Assembly (NCBI GenBank): GCA_024679065.1
Contig: JAGIQG010000012.1
Coordinates: 87,296,001 to 87,360,000 of the forward strand
DNA: 64,000 bases
Source of the DNA: Sphyrna mokarran
Lineage: Eukaryota
Direction of reading: 5' to 3'
The notes below the pieces were generated by a model, which did no database searches, had not been told where the DNA came from, and saw only the letters and a program-made list of their open reading frames with translations. Each line of letters begins with the position of its first letter. Positions within the stretch are counted from its first letter, which is position 1. A program made the translations under genes and the position numbers. Shown in pieces: positions 49,606 to 61,683 of the stretch.

Positions 49606-51334
49606 ACATCCTACGGGTAGTGTGCTAAATTGGGGAAAGGCTAACTATAGCCGGATTAGGCAGGAATTCGTGGCCGTTGATTAGAAGAGGCTGTTTGAGA
49701 GTAAATCCACATCTGGCATGTGTCTTTTAAGGAGCACTTGATGGGGCTGCAGGACAGGCATGTGCCTGTAAAAAGGAAGAAGAGGAAAGGTAGGATTCGA
49801 GAATCGTGGATAACCAGGGAAATTGAGGGTCTGATCAAAAAGGAAAGAGAGATGTACGTTAGGACCAGGCAACTGAAAACAGACGGAGCACTGGAGGAAT
49901 ACAGAGAAAGTAGGAAAGAACTCAAACGGGGAGTTCAAAGGGCAAAAAGGGGTCATGAAATGTCCTTGGCAGGCAATATTGAGGAAAATCTTAAGGCATT
50001 TCATTTATAAGTTTGGAACAAAAGAGTTGTCAGGGAAAAATTTGGACCTCTCAGGGACAAAGAAGGTGAATTATGCCGAGAGCCCAAGGAAGTAGCGGAG
50101 ATCCTCAATGCATCAGTATTCACAAAGGAGAGGGACGTGTTGACTGGGAGTGGTTCAGAGGGAGGTGTTGACCTATTAGAGTAAATCTCCATTACAAGGA
50201 AGCAAGTGTTAGGTTTTTGAGGGAACATTAAAACTGACAAATCTCCAGAGCCTGATGGCATCTATCCTAAATAGCACAGGGAGACAAGAGATGAAATTGC
50301 TGGGCCTCTAACAGAAATCTTTGTCTCTTCATTGGATACAGCTGAGGTCTCTGAGAATTGGAGGATAGTGAATGTGGTCCCATTATTTAAGAAGGGTAGC
50401 AAGGATAACACAAGTAATTATAGGCCAGTGAGCTTGACATCTGTGGTAGGGAAATTGTTGGAGAGGATTCTTACAGATAGGATATATGTACATTTAGAAC
50501 AGAACAATCTCATTAGCAATAGACAGCATGGTTTTGTAAGAGAGAGGTCATGTCTCACAAATTTGGTGGAGTTTTTTGAGGAGGTGACTAAAACGGTTGA
50601 TGAGGGAAGGGCCTTGGATATCATCTATATGGATTTTAGTAAAGCGTTTGACAAAGTCCTTCACGGCAGGTTGGTGCATGAGGTTAAATCTCATGGAATA
50701 AAAGGAGAGGTGGGTAGGTGGGTAGAGAACTGGCTTGGCCACAGAAGACAGAGAGTAGCAGTGGAAGGGTCTGTTTCCGGCTGGAAGTCTGTGACCAGTG
50801 GTGTTCCACAGGGCTCTGTACAGGGACCTCTGCTATTTGTGATATATCTCAATGATTTAGTAGAAGGGTAAGTGGTGTGATCAGCACGTTTGTGGATGAA
50901 ACGAAGGTGTCTGGACTTACAAATAGCGATGAACATTGTCAGAGAATACAGCAGGATATAGATAGGCTGGAAAATTGGGCAGAGAAATGGCAAATGAAAT
51001 TTAATCCAGATAAATGCGAAGTGATGCATTTTGGTAAGGCTTATGTAGGGGGGAGCAAAGAACAAAGAACAAAACAGCATGGGAAACAGGCCCTTCGGCC
51101 CAACGAGCCTGCGCCACCACCTCGATGTTCCCACTTCAACCCGTGATCCCTGTCTATGTTTATAGATCTATGGATTAAAAACCAAATTTGAGACAATTTA
51201 GGGAGAATTTGTTTTGCCAATTAGCCTAAGAGCACATCTTTGGATGTGGGAGGAAACCGGAGCACCCAGAGAAAACCCACGCAAGCACGGGGAGAATGCG
51301 CAAACTCCCACAGACACAGGCCCAAATCCAATGT

Positions 51335-52630
51335 AGCTCATTGTTCTCTGGGACAGAGTGTTTGGAAGTGCTGGTGGCTGAGTGTGAATTTTTCAATTTG
51401 CTTTTTTTTCTCTCTCTGTTCTTGAGTGCTTTTTGCTGCTGTAGTTAGGCGTGGGGCTAGCTGGGAAGGGAACCAGGGAGTATAAAAAGAAAGTGGCAGT
51501 AGACAGCGGGCAGCATCAGGAGTGGGCAGTGGAGTGAGTAGGGAAGCAGAGTGAAATATAAGGGCTTTGGCTTGGGGGCTTAGGCGAGAGCAGGCTCAGG
51601 CACAGTGTGCTACTGGTTTTCCAGTACATTCACACTTCCAAAGGTGTTCATGACAATGGCAGGGATTAAGGGAAGACGCCTCACCTGCGTATGGTGTCAT
51701 ATGTGGGAGTTCCTGGAGGCGAGATCTCTCCCAAAAGTCCACGTATGCCTCAAGCGTTTGGAGCTGCAGCGTCTGAGGGCTCGGGCCAAGCAACTAGAGT
51801 GGCAATTGGAGGATGCATTTTTAGTCAGGGAGAACGAGGCAATCATGGAAGAGATGCAGATTAATGTTGCGGAGCCAGAGCTAAGGAGGGGGGAACCTGA
51901 CCCTTACAGGTGGATTATTGTAAGGAAGGGGAAGCTACACAATAAATGGCAGAACCATCAAAAGTACAGACAACACGGAGGGACCTGGGTGTGCAAGTCC
52001 ACAAGTCCTTGAAAATGGCACTACAAGTGGAGAAGGTGTTAAAGAAGGCATATGACATGCTTACCTTTGTAGGACAAGGTATAGAATATAAAAATTGGCA
52101 TCTGATGTTACAGCTGTATAGAATGTTGGTTAAACCACATTTGGAATACTGTGTCCAGTTCTGGTTGCTGCACTACCAGAAGGACGTGGAGGCTTTGGAG
52201 AGAGTGCAGAGAAGGTTTACCAGGATGCTGCCTGGTATGGAGAGTCTTAGTTATGAGGAGAGATTGGGTAAACTGGGGTTGTTCTCCCTGGAACGACAGC
52301 GAATGAAGGGAGACCTAATTAAAGTGTATAAAATTATGAGGGGTGAGGATAGGGTGAACCGTGGGAAGATTTTTCCCAGGTCAAAGGTGACAAACACAAG
52401 GGGTCACAGGTTCAAGGTGAGGGGGTTGGAGGGGGCAAGGTTTAACTCAGATATCAGAGGGATGTATTTTACACAGAGGGTGGTGGGGACCTGGAATGCA
52501 CTGCCAAGCAGGGTGGTGGAGGTGGACACGCTGGAAATGGAGGGTATACAAATGACTGGTTCAGTTGGACCAATGAGCGGTGCAGGCTTGGAGGGCCAAA
52601 GGAGCTTTTCCTGTGCTGTATTGTTTTTTG
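51335..52630 (+). mobile_element. Internally deleted CR1 (5'UTR and ORF1 N-terminus joined to the RT 3' end)
   Basis: CVWC..CLKRLELQRL, then RRDLGVQVHKSLK and tail. Confidence 0.85.
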
Positions 52631-53052
52631 TATAGGGATAGCACCTGAATAAGATGCTCTTTTGGAGAGTCAGTGCAGTGTCAATGGGCCAAATGGCCTC
52701 TTTCCCATAAAGGCAGCCTTTCCTCAGTTCTTTCCTCAGCCTTTCTCTGCTCCTGACGTCACTAAACTCTCTACAGGTGGGATAAGAGAATCCCACCCAA
52801 AATCTGGGATGTGTAGCTTTCTCTGAGACAGCTGTTCCACAGTGTGAGGACAACATTGTATTTCACTGTTACATCAACACATCTGCATTGCTGAGGACAG
52901 CACAGTGTAACCCCCAGGATATAGAGCAGGAACAAACTAACGCAGCAAGATCAATCTTAGAAACTGTTCCCTCCCTTTAACACAGAAACTCTACTGCCTG
53001 GACTGTCCCTTTAAATACTCACGGGAATTTGAAACCTTCAGCTCAGAATTTA

Positions 53053-53319
53053 ACTCACTGATTTCTGTCACTCACTGATTTCCGTCACTCACTGATTTCT
53101 GTCACTCACTGATTCGTGTCACTCGCTGATTTCTGTGACTCACTGATTCCTGTCACTCGCTGATTTCTGTGACTCACTGATTTCTGTCACTCGCTGATTT
53201 CTGTGACTCACTGATTCCTGTCACTCGCTGATTTCTGTGACTCGCTGATTCCTGTCACTCACTGATTTCTGACACTCGCTGATTTCTGTCACTCACTGAT
53301 TTCTGTCACTCACTGATTT
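53053..53319 (+). repeat. 17-bp minisatellite (ACTCACTGATTTCTGTC), about 16 copies, abutting the V1 acceptor
   Basis: Directly visible tandem array. Confidence 0.95.
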
Positions 53320-53338
53320 GTTTTTCCTCTGTTTAAAG

Positions 53339-53683
53339 GTGCGAATGTTCCAGTCGTTATCCAGTCTCCGAGTGTGGAACGTGTCACAGAGGGTCAGACT
53401 GCCCGGTTACAGTGCACCCTGAGGAACGCCGCAGTGACACACAGTCTTGTTTCCTGGTTCCAGGAGCTACCTGGGAAAGATAGGGAGAGAGTTTTAGTAG
53501 ATGAACCATCGAACATCATAACCCGGAAACCAGGTTTCACTGAGCGATTCCAGTCTTCCAGAGACACCTCCAATAACAGCTTCATTCTGACAATCACCAT
53601 GGTGCAGCCCAGTGACACTGCCGTCTATTACTGCTTAGTGCATTCATCACTCTGGGGGAAAGGAAGCCGGCTGAATGTAACCA
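53339..53683 (+). CDS. Joined VJ-type Ig V-set domain exon V1 (non-rearranging antigen-receptor-like)
   Basis: tttttcctctgtttaaag acceptor and A|GTAAGT donor. Reads ANVPVVIQSP..ARLQC..VSWFQ..RFQSSRD..FILTI..DTAVYYCLVHSSLWGKGSRLNVT, with canonical Cys, Trp, Cys and WGxG, and no RSS. Confidence 0.92.
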
Positions 53684-53859
53684 GTAAGTAGAGTTTTATT
53701 CCAATAATCCACAGCAATAACCTCTTCCAGATGAGTGAGTTGGAGATGAGGTTATGATGATGTGTGGGCTTTGGGGTTACAATAGGAACAGGGAGAGGCT
53801 GAGATTGGGAAGTGTAATAGGAGCTGTTCCCCATTCAGACACACATCACTGTATACTGA

Positions 53860-55215
53860 TAAGAACATAAGAAATAGGAGCAGGAGTCGGCCATCCAGCC
53901 CCTCGAGCTGCCCCACCATTCAATAAGATCATGGCTGATCTGTAGTGGTTCAGTACCACTTTCCCACTTTCTCCCTGTAATTCTTAATTCCCTTGTTAAT
54001 TAAAAACCTATCCATTCTTGACTTGAACATATTCAGTGAGGAAGCCTCCACCACCTCATCAGGCAGAGAATTCCAAAGATTCACCACCCTTTGTGTGAAG
54101 AAACTCCTCCGCAACTCTGATCTGAACCACTACCCGCCCCTAATATGGAGGCTGTGCCCTCTAGTCCTGCTATCTTTGCAAAGCGGGAAGAGTCTCTCAA
54201 CCTCTACCCTATCTATCCCCTTCATTATCTTATATGTCTCTATAAGATCTCCTCTCAGCCTTCTAAACTCCAAAGAGTACAAACCCAGCCTATTCAATCT
54301 CTCCTCATAATCAAAACCCCTCATCTCCGGTATCAGCCTAGTGAACCTTCTCTGCACCCCCTCCAAGGCCAATATATCCTTCCTCGAATGCGGTGACCAA
54401 AACTGCACACAGTACTCCAGCTGCGGCCTCACCAGCCCCCTATACAGCTGCAACAGAACCTCCCTACTTTTATATTCTATCCCCCTCGCTATAAAGTCCA
54501 ACATTCCATTCACCTTCTTAATCACCTGCTGCACCTGCATACTGTGTTTTTGCGATTCGTGCACAAGGACCCCCAGGTCCCTCTGCACCATCACATGCTG
54601 CAGCTTTTCTCCATTTAAATAGTAATCCTTCCTACCATTATTCTTACCAAAGTGGATAACCTCACACTTGCTAACATTATACTCTATCTGCCTGTTTCAC
54701 GCCCACTCACTCAACCTATCCAGATCCCTCTGCAGGCTTTCCACACCCTCCACGCAATTTGCTTTTCCACTCATCTTCATGTCATCAGCAAATTTCATCA
54801 CCCTGCACTCAGCCCCTTCCTCCAGATCGTCTATGTAAATGGTAAATAGTTGCGGCCCCAGCACCGATCCCTGGGGCACTCCACTAGTCACCAGCTGCCA
54901 ATCAGAATAGCACCCGTTAATACCTACTCTCTGCTTCCTATTAGACAACCAATCCTCTATCCAGTCTAACACCCCACCCTCAATTCCCTGCACCCTAAAC
55001 TTCTGCAGCAATCTTTTGTAAGGCACCTTATCAAGTGCCTTTTGGAAATGCAAAAACACCACATCCACCGGTTCCCGTCTATCTACCGCACTAGTCACTT
55101 CCTCATAGAACTCCAATAAATTCATCATAGAACTCCAATCGACTTCCTCTTAACGAATCCACGCTGCATCTGCTTGATCAAATAGTTTGTATCCAGGTGC
55201 CTCCTTATTTCTGCT
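53860..55215 (-). mobile_element. CR1 3' half (AAGAACATAAGAA-tail subfamily)
   Basis: ORFs 54130-54594 and 54697-55128. Confidence 0.9.
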
Positions 55216-55460
55216 TTGACGACAGAAAATCCTGATCCTGCTATCCCAGCTCCTATCCTTATCCCAGATATTTTCACTCATTTCCTCACACAAATGTGTT
55301 GTGTTTGCTGTGAATCAGTAATGAGCCACACCAGTCTTACAAACTGTTACACAAAAACCTCAGGAGAACAGAGATCCTCTCACTTTAACACAGAAACTCT
55401 ACTGCCTGGACTGTCCCTTTAAATACTCACGGGAATTTGAAAGCTTCAGCTCAGAATTTA

Positions 55461-55646
55461 ACTCACTGATATCTGTCACTCTGATTTCTGTCACTCACTG
55501 ATACTCACTGATATCTGTCACTCACTGATTTCTGTCACTCACTGATATCTGTCACTCTGATTTCTGTCACTCACTGATTTCTGTCACTCACTGATTCCTG
55601 TCACTCACTGATTTCTGTCACTCACTGATTTCTGTCACTCACTGAA
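55461..55646 (+). repeat. Same 17-bp minisatellite, about 11 copies, abutting the V2 acceptor
   Basis: Directly visible tandem array. Confidence 0.95.
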
Positions 55647-55667
55647 TTGTTTTTCCTCTGTTTAAAG

Positions 55668-56012
55668 GTGCGAATGTTCCAGTCCTTATCCAGTCTCCGA
55701 GTGTGGAACGTGTCACAGAGGGTCAGACTGCACGGTTACAGAGCACCCTGAGGAACGCCGCAGTGACACACACTGATGTTCACTGGTACCGGGAGCTACC
55801 TGGGAAAGATAGGGAGAGAGTTTTAACACAGGATACAGGGAATAACATACACCGGAGCCCAGGTTTCACTGAGCGATTCCAGTCTTCCAGAGACACCTCC
55901 AATAACAGCTTCATTCTGACAATCTCCATGGTGCAGCCCAGTGACACTGCCGTCTATTACTGCTCAGTGTGGGGAGATATCAGTGGCAATGGGACACTGC
56001 TGAATGTAACCA
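55668..56012 (+). CDS. Joined VJ-type V-set exon V2 (paralogue of V1; B-strand Cys replaced by Ser)
   Basis: Same splice sites as V1; ..ARLQSTL..TDVHWYR..DTAVYYCSVWGDISGNGTLLNVT; open frame. Confidence 0.85.
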
Positions 56013-56319
56013 GTAAGTCCAGTTTACAGAAATATCTGCCTGAAGGAATCACCACTTGTAACTGTGTGGGAAGTGAGTGTGTGAGAAATATCACAAACCC
56101 CTGGGTTAAAGGGAACACGTTAGAAAAATAGACTGGGTGATCTCATGCACTTTTGTCAAAGAATAAAAATTGTGCATCGCTCCTGATTTCTCAGTCTTCA
56201 ATTCTTTGACATTTTCTCTGTTTCTCTGTTTCTGTTTGTTTCTAATCTTTCTCCCTCTCCTTTGTTTACTCAGCTTTTTGTCAGAGTGCTGTCTCCAGCT
56301 GTTTCTGTTTTATATTCAT

Positions 56320-57385
56320 TCTTGGTGGGTGTTACTGGTTAGGGTCCATCCCTAGTTACCCTTCAGAAGGTGGTGGTGAAACAGCCTCTTGATCTGTTAC
56401 AGCCCATGTGGTGTAGGTACATTCACAGTGCAGTCAGGATTGGAAATTCCAGGATTCTGACCCAGAGACAGTGAAGGAACGGTGATATATTTCCAAGTCA
56501 GGATTGTGAGTGACTCGGAGAGAAGCCTCCAGGTGATGATGTTCCCCATGTGCCTCCTGCCCTTGTCCTTTTAGAGTCAAAATCATCAAGTTGTAGAGTC
56601 ACAGAGCGCAGAAATGGTAGAGGTTATAGATTTAGAAGGTTCTGTTAAAGGAGCCTTGGTGAGTTCCTGCAGTGTATCTTGTAGATGGTACACACGCCTG
56701 TCACTGTGTGTCCATGGTGGTGGGAGTGAATGTTTAATGTGATGGGTGGTGTCCCCATCAAGCACTTTGGCTTTGTTCTGGATGGTGTCAAGCTTCTTAA
56801 GTGTTATTGGAGCTGCACTCATCCAGGCAAGTGGAGAGTATTCCATTACATTCCTGACTTGTGCCTTGTAGGTGGTGGACAGGCTTTGGGGAGTCAGGAG
56901 GTGAGTTACCCTCTGCAGTTTCCCAGTCTCTGACCTGCTCTTGTAACCATAGTTTTTACAGGGCTGGCCCAGTTCAGTTTCTGGTCAATGGTAACCCCCA
57001 GGATGTTGACAGTGGGGGATTCAGTGATGGAAATGCCATTGAATGTCAAGGGGTGATGGTTAGATCCTCTGTTGTTAGAAATGTTCATTGCCTGGCACTT
57101 CTGTGGGGAAATGTTACCTTCCATATAACAGCCCAAGTCTGAATGTTGTCCAGGTTTTGCTGTGTGCAGGAACAGGCTTCTTCAGTAATGGAGGAGTAAT
57201 GAATGGTCCAATCATTAATGAACATTCCCACTCCTGACCTTATGATGGAGGGAAGGTCATTGATGAAGCAGCTGAAGATGGTTGGGCCGAGGACACTTCC
57301 CTGAGGAAATCCTGCAGTGATGTCCTGGAGCTGAGATGATTGACCTCCAACAATCTTCCTTTGTGCTGGATATGACTGCGGATGG
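56320..57385 (-). mobile_element. Second CR1/L2-group LINE lineage, 3' part
   Basis: NILGVTIDQKLNW; MEYSPLAWMSAAP..KLDTIQNKA. Confidence 0.82.
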
Positions 57386-57626
57386 AGAGGAAAAGGTGAG
57401 GAAAGCAGTGGATATGATGGGATTCAGGGAATTAGGGATTTCAGGGAATATGATGTAGGAGATGGGAAATGAACAGGGAAGCACTGGAGGCTGTGATCAG
57501 GGAGGAGGAATGGTTGAGGTTTTGAGCTTGGCACACTGCTGGGTATTAGGAATAGGGAGAGTCTTAGGGATGAGGAGCAAACATTAGGTGAGACAACAAT
57601 GTCCACATCCTGGGAAAAAGAATGCT

Positions 57627-60070
57627 TAAGAACATAAGGAATAGGAGCAGGAGACGACCATGGCTCCTCTCGAGCCTGCTCCACTATTCAATAAGATCAT
57701 GGCTGATCTGCAGTGGTTGAGTTCCACTTTCCCACTTTCTCCCCGTAACCCTTAATTCCCTCGTCAATTAAAAACCTATCCACTCTCGATTTGTACATAT
57801 TCGGTGAGGGAGCCTCCATCACCTCATTAGGCAGAGAATTCCAAAGATTCACCACCCTTTGCGTGAAGAAATCCCTCCACAACTCCGATCTGAACCCCAC
57901 CCCCCTCACATCTTGAGGCTGTGCCCTCTAGTCCTGCTATCTTTGCTAATCAGGAAGAGTCTCTCAACCTCTACCCTAACCATCCCCTTCATTATCTTAT
58001 ACGTTTCTATAAGATCCCCTCTCAGCCTTCTAAACTCCAAAGAGTACAAACCCAGCCTATTCAGTCTCTCCTCATAATCCAACGCCCTCATCTCCGGTAT
58101 CAGCCGAGTAAACCTTCTCTGCACCTCCTCCAAGGCCAATATATCCTTCCTCGAATGTGGCGACCAAAACTGCACACAGTACTCCAGCTGCGGCCTCACC
58201 AGTACCCTATACAGCTGCAAAAGTATCTCCCTACTTTTATATTCTATCCCCCTAGCTATAAAGGCCAATATTGCATTCGCCTTCTTAATCACCTGCTGCA
58301 CCTTCATACTGTGTTTTTGCGATTTGTGCACGAGGACCCCCAGGTCCCTCTACATCGTTGCATACTACAGCTTTTCTCCATTTAAATAGTAGTCTTTCCT
58401 ACCATTATTCCTACCAGAGTGGATAACCTCACACTTGCTAACATTATACTCCATCTGCCAGGTCCTCGCCCACTCACTCAACCTATCCAGATCCCTCTGC
58501 AAGTTTGCACACCCTCCACGCAATTTGCTTTTCCACTCATCTTCATGTCATCAGCAAATTTCATCACCCTCAAATAGTTGAAGCCCCAGCACCGATCCCT
58601 GGGGCACTCCGCTAGTCACCAGCTGCCAATCAGAATAGCACCCATTAATACCTACCCTCTGCTTCCTATTAGACAACTGATCCTCTATCCAGTCTAACAC
58701 CCTACCCTCAATTCCCTGCACCCTAACCTTCTGCAGCAATCTTTTGTGAGGCATCTTATCAAACGCTTTCTCGAAATCCAAAAACACCACATCCACCGGT
58801 TCCCCTCTATCTACTGCACTAGTCACTTCCTCATAGAACTCCAATAGATTCGTCAAACACGACTTCCCCTTAACGAATCCGTGCTGCGTCTGCCTGATCA
58901 AACTGTTCGTATCCAGCTGCCTCATTATTTCCGCTTTGACTACAGATTCAAGCATTTTTCCTACTATAGACATTAAACCAACCGGCCTATAATTCCCTGC
59001 CTTCTGTCTGCTACCCTTTTTAAACAGCGGCATAACATTTGCCGTTTTCCAATCTTCCAGCACTTTTCCAGAGTCCAGCGAATTCTGAAAGATAATTACC
59101 AGGGCATCCACTATCACTTCTGCCATTTCCTTTGAGAATCCTGAGATGCATTCCATCCGGCCCTGGGGACTTATCTACCCTCAGCCCCATTAGCCTATCA
59201 ACCTCTATAGTGACTGTAATCTCATCAAGGACCTCATCTCCTATCGCCCTTCTATCCTTAATTTCGGGCAAGCTATTTACGTCCTCCTCTGTAAAGACCG
59301 ACACAAAAAACTTATTCAAGGTCTCCGCCATATCCTTATCATCCACGATTAAACCACCCCTCTCATCCTCCAAGGATCCAACATTAACTCTGGCCATCCT
59401 CCTATTCTTTATATACTTATAAAAACTCTTACTGTCCTTTTTGATATTTCGAGCTAGTTTAGCCTCATATTCCGTCTTTCCTTTTTTAATCACCTTCTTA
59501 GTCATTCTTTGCTGTTGTTTAAAACTTTCCCAATTCTCTGAATGCCCACTATTTGTAGCTGCTCTGAACGCTTCAGCTTTTGATTTAATACTCTCCTTAA
59601 TTTCCCTGTAGAACCACGGCTGATTTTCCCTTCTCCTACAGTCCTTCTTCACCATCGGAATATATTTCTGCTGAGCACTGAAAAAGATCTCTTTAAAAAT
59701 CCTCCACTGTTCCTCAGCCGTCCCACCAACCAGCGCACTCCTCCAATCACAGTTGCCAATTCCTCTCTCATCCTATCGTAGTCCCCTCTGTTCAAACATA
59801 GTACACAGGTCCGGGACGCTACTACCTCATCCTCCATCTGCATTATTAATTCTATCATACTATAATCACTCGTCCCTAGAGGATCCCTCACATGAATATC
59901 CCTAATTCTACCTGCCTCATTACATAGTACCAGGTCCAAGATAGCATGGTCTCTCGTCGGTTCTGTAACATACTGTTCAAAGAACCCATCCATACAGCAT
60001 TCCAAAAACTTTTCCTCCAGCCCGCCGTGTTCAACTTGCGTCGCCCAGTCAATGTGCAGATTGAAATCAC
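57627..60070 (-). mobile_element. CR1 ORF2 (endonuclease-RT), same subfamily as 53860
   Basis: ORFs 57697-60119 with GDFN, PGPDG, QHGF and PQGSVLG. Confidence 0.92.
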
Positions 60071-60071
60071 C

Positions 60072-60395
60072 CAGGGTGGATAGTGATAGCCTTTTTCCTC
60101 GGATGGAGAAAGCTAGCATGAGGGGACATAGCTTTAAATTAAGGGGTGGTCGTTATAGGACGGATGTCAGAGGTAGGTTCTTTACCCAGAGGGTGGTAAG
60201 GGTATGGAATGCCCTGCCTGCTGCAGTTGTAGATGCGCCAAGTTTGGGGGTGTTTAAGAGGTCAGTGGATAGGTTTATGGATGAAAAGGGAATGGTTTAG
60301 GTTAGAGGGTCATTGCTTTTTCTCCATTGGTCGGCACAACATCGAGGGCTGAAGGGCCTGTACTGCACTGTAATGTTCTATGTTCTATGTTCTAT
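60072..60395 (+). mobile_element. Young CR1 3' end
   Basis: ORF 60052-60300 ends DEKGMV; TTCTATG tail. Confidence 0.9.
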
Positions 60396-61683
60396 TACTA
60401 ACACCATCCCATTTCTGCACACATCTCTTATTTGTTTGTTTATAGACCGCCCCACCTCAAAGTTGCTGTTAGGGGGCCTATGGACCACACCAGCGTCTTT
60501 CTCCCCTTACTATTTTTTATCTCCACCCAGCTTGACGCTGGAATCTGTAGAAGGAGCGGAGCCAAATTGTATCTTTAGAATTGGGAGCCACGTGTCAGGC
60601 CATTTTATCTCCAGAAACAACTGTCTGGCTATCTGTTCAGTATCCCACTGTTTATGGAGTTATCAGATGTGCTTATTATGAATGCTTGGCTGAGTTCCAA
60701 ACCGACTATGGAGCTAGTCAATTCAATAAAATTCACATGGGTTGAAGCAAAGTGCTCCTGTTTATGACAGGCATTTTGGAAGCTTCAGGAAGTTTCTTTT
60801 TTGTAGTTTTTCAATGCCTGTTTGTATACTTGAACACAGTTAAGAGATGTTGAAAAGAATAAAACTTTACCCATTGATATTTATTTCACACTTTTCTGAG
60901 GTTGTAAGATGAATAGTTTTTTTTCTGAAGCAGAATTTCAAAGCCTCTTTGCCCATTGTGTCAGTTTCAGAAACATTTCAATGAATTCTCAGACGTTCAT
61001 GTAGCACATTGCTTCTCTGTGTGGAGAATACTGGGAGAGTGGGTGTGGAGCATGGATGGGACAATGGAAGGGGCCTGGAGTTGCAGCAAGCATAAGGATC
61101 TGGAGGGATACGATGGGGCATGGAGGAGGCTTGAGGGTTATAAAGAAGAGTGGGATCTTGGAATGAATTTCCACAGATCGCTGAAGAAGGCAGGACAGGT
61201 GGATAATGGAGGGATAAGTTCCGGATCCCTGTGTCTCTTTTTATCAATTCACAACAATCCCAGAAGGGGAAAATCCAGGCCAGATAAAGAAGAGGATTAG
61301 CAGCAGTAAATCAGCCCGTGTGTGGACACACTGTAATTATTATACAGGAAATTTTAAACTTTATACCTTTACTTTCATCTTTCATTCATCTTTTTAAACA
61401 ATAACTTGAGTTTTTCCAATAATCAGCTGTGAAGATTGTGAAGTTTATTTGTTCAATAGTTTGTTTTCTGTGGGTGGGAATGTGCACTGAATGGATAATA
61501 TCTGCAAATTCTAGAACATTCAGCAGGTCCCCTTTTGTCCCCTCATTCCCTCCCTCATTGTTAACAATAATTTCCATGTTGGGAAAGTGAGAGAATTCTC
61601 TGCAAATCATTATTGTAACCAGAAGAAGATTTCTAAAATGTTGCATTTTGAGTTCTCTGATTTTTCTTTCTCAATATTAACAG

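Larger units (their letters stand above)
44200..51050 (+). mobile_element. Old CR1 (5'UTR, ORF1, ORF2) broken by nested insertions and the gap
   Basis: ORF1 pieces at 44559, 45107 and 45870; endonuclease 47500-48170; RT 50332-51050. Confidence 0.85.

Noticed and set aside
52901-52940. CACAGTG with a weak nonamer-like sequence 23-24 bp away
   Set aside because: At most 5/9 nonamer match, intronic, and not adjacent to coding sequence.
53053-53319. Tandem array as CRISPR-like or switch-like region
   Set aside because: No unique spacers, eukaryotic context, and it lacks the AGCT/G-rich units of switch regions.
55351-55359. Perfect RSS nonamer ACAAAAACC upstream of V2
   Set aside because: No CAC heptamer 12 or 23 bp upstream, and it is on the wrong side of the V exon.
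56170-56355. Very hydrophobic ORF after V2 as a transmembrane exon
   Set aside because: Explained by a T/C-rich tract, runs into a LINE 3' end, and has no counterpart after V1 or V3. Not excluded without RNA data.
61340-61525. Faint similarity to the leader block upstream of V3 (ATAATCAG, TTTGTTC, TAGAACATTCAG)
   Set aside because: Only short AT-rich matches, with no ATG or signal peptide frame.
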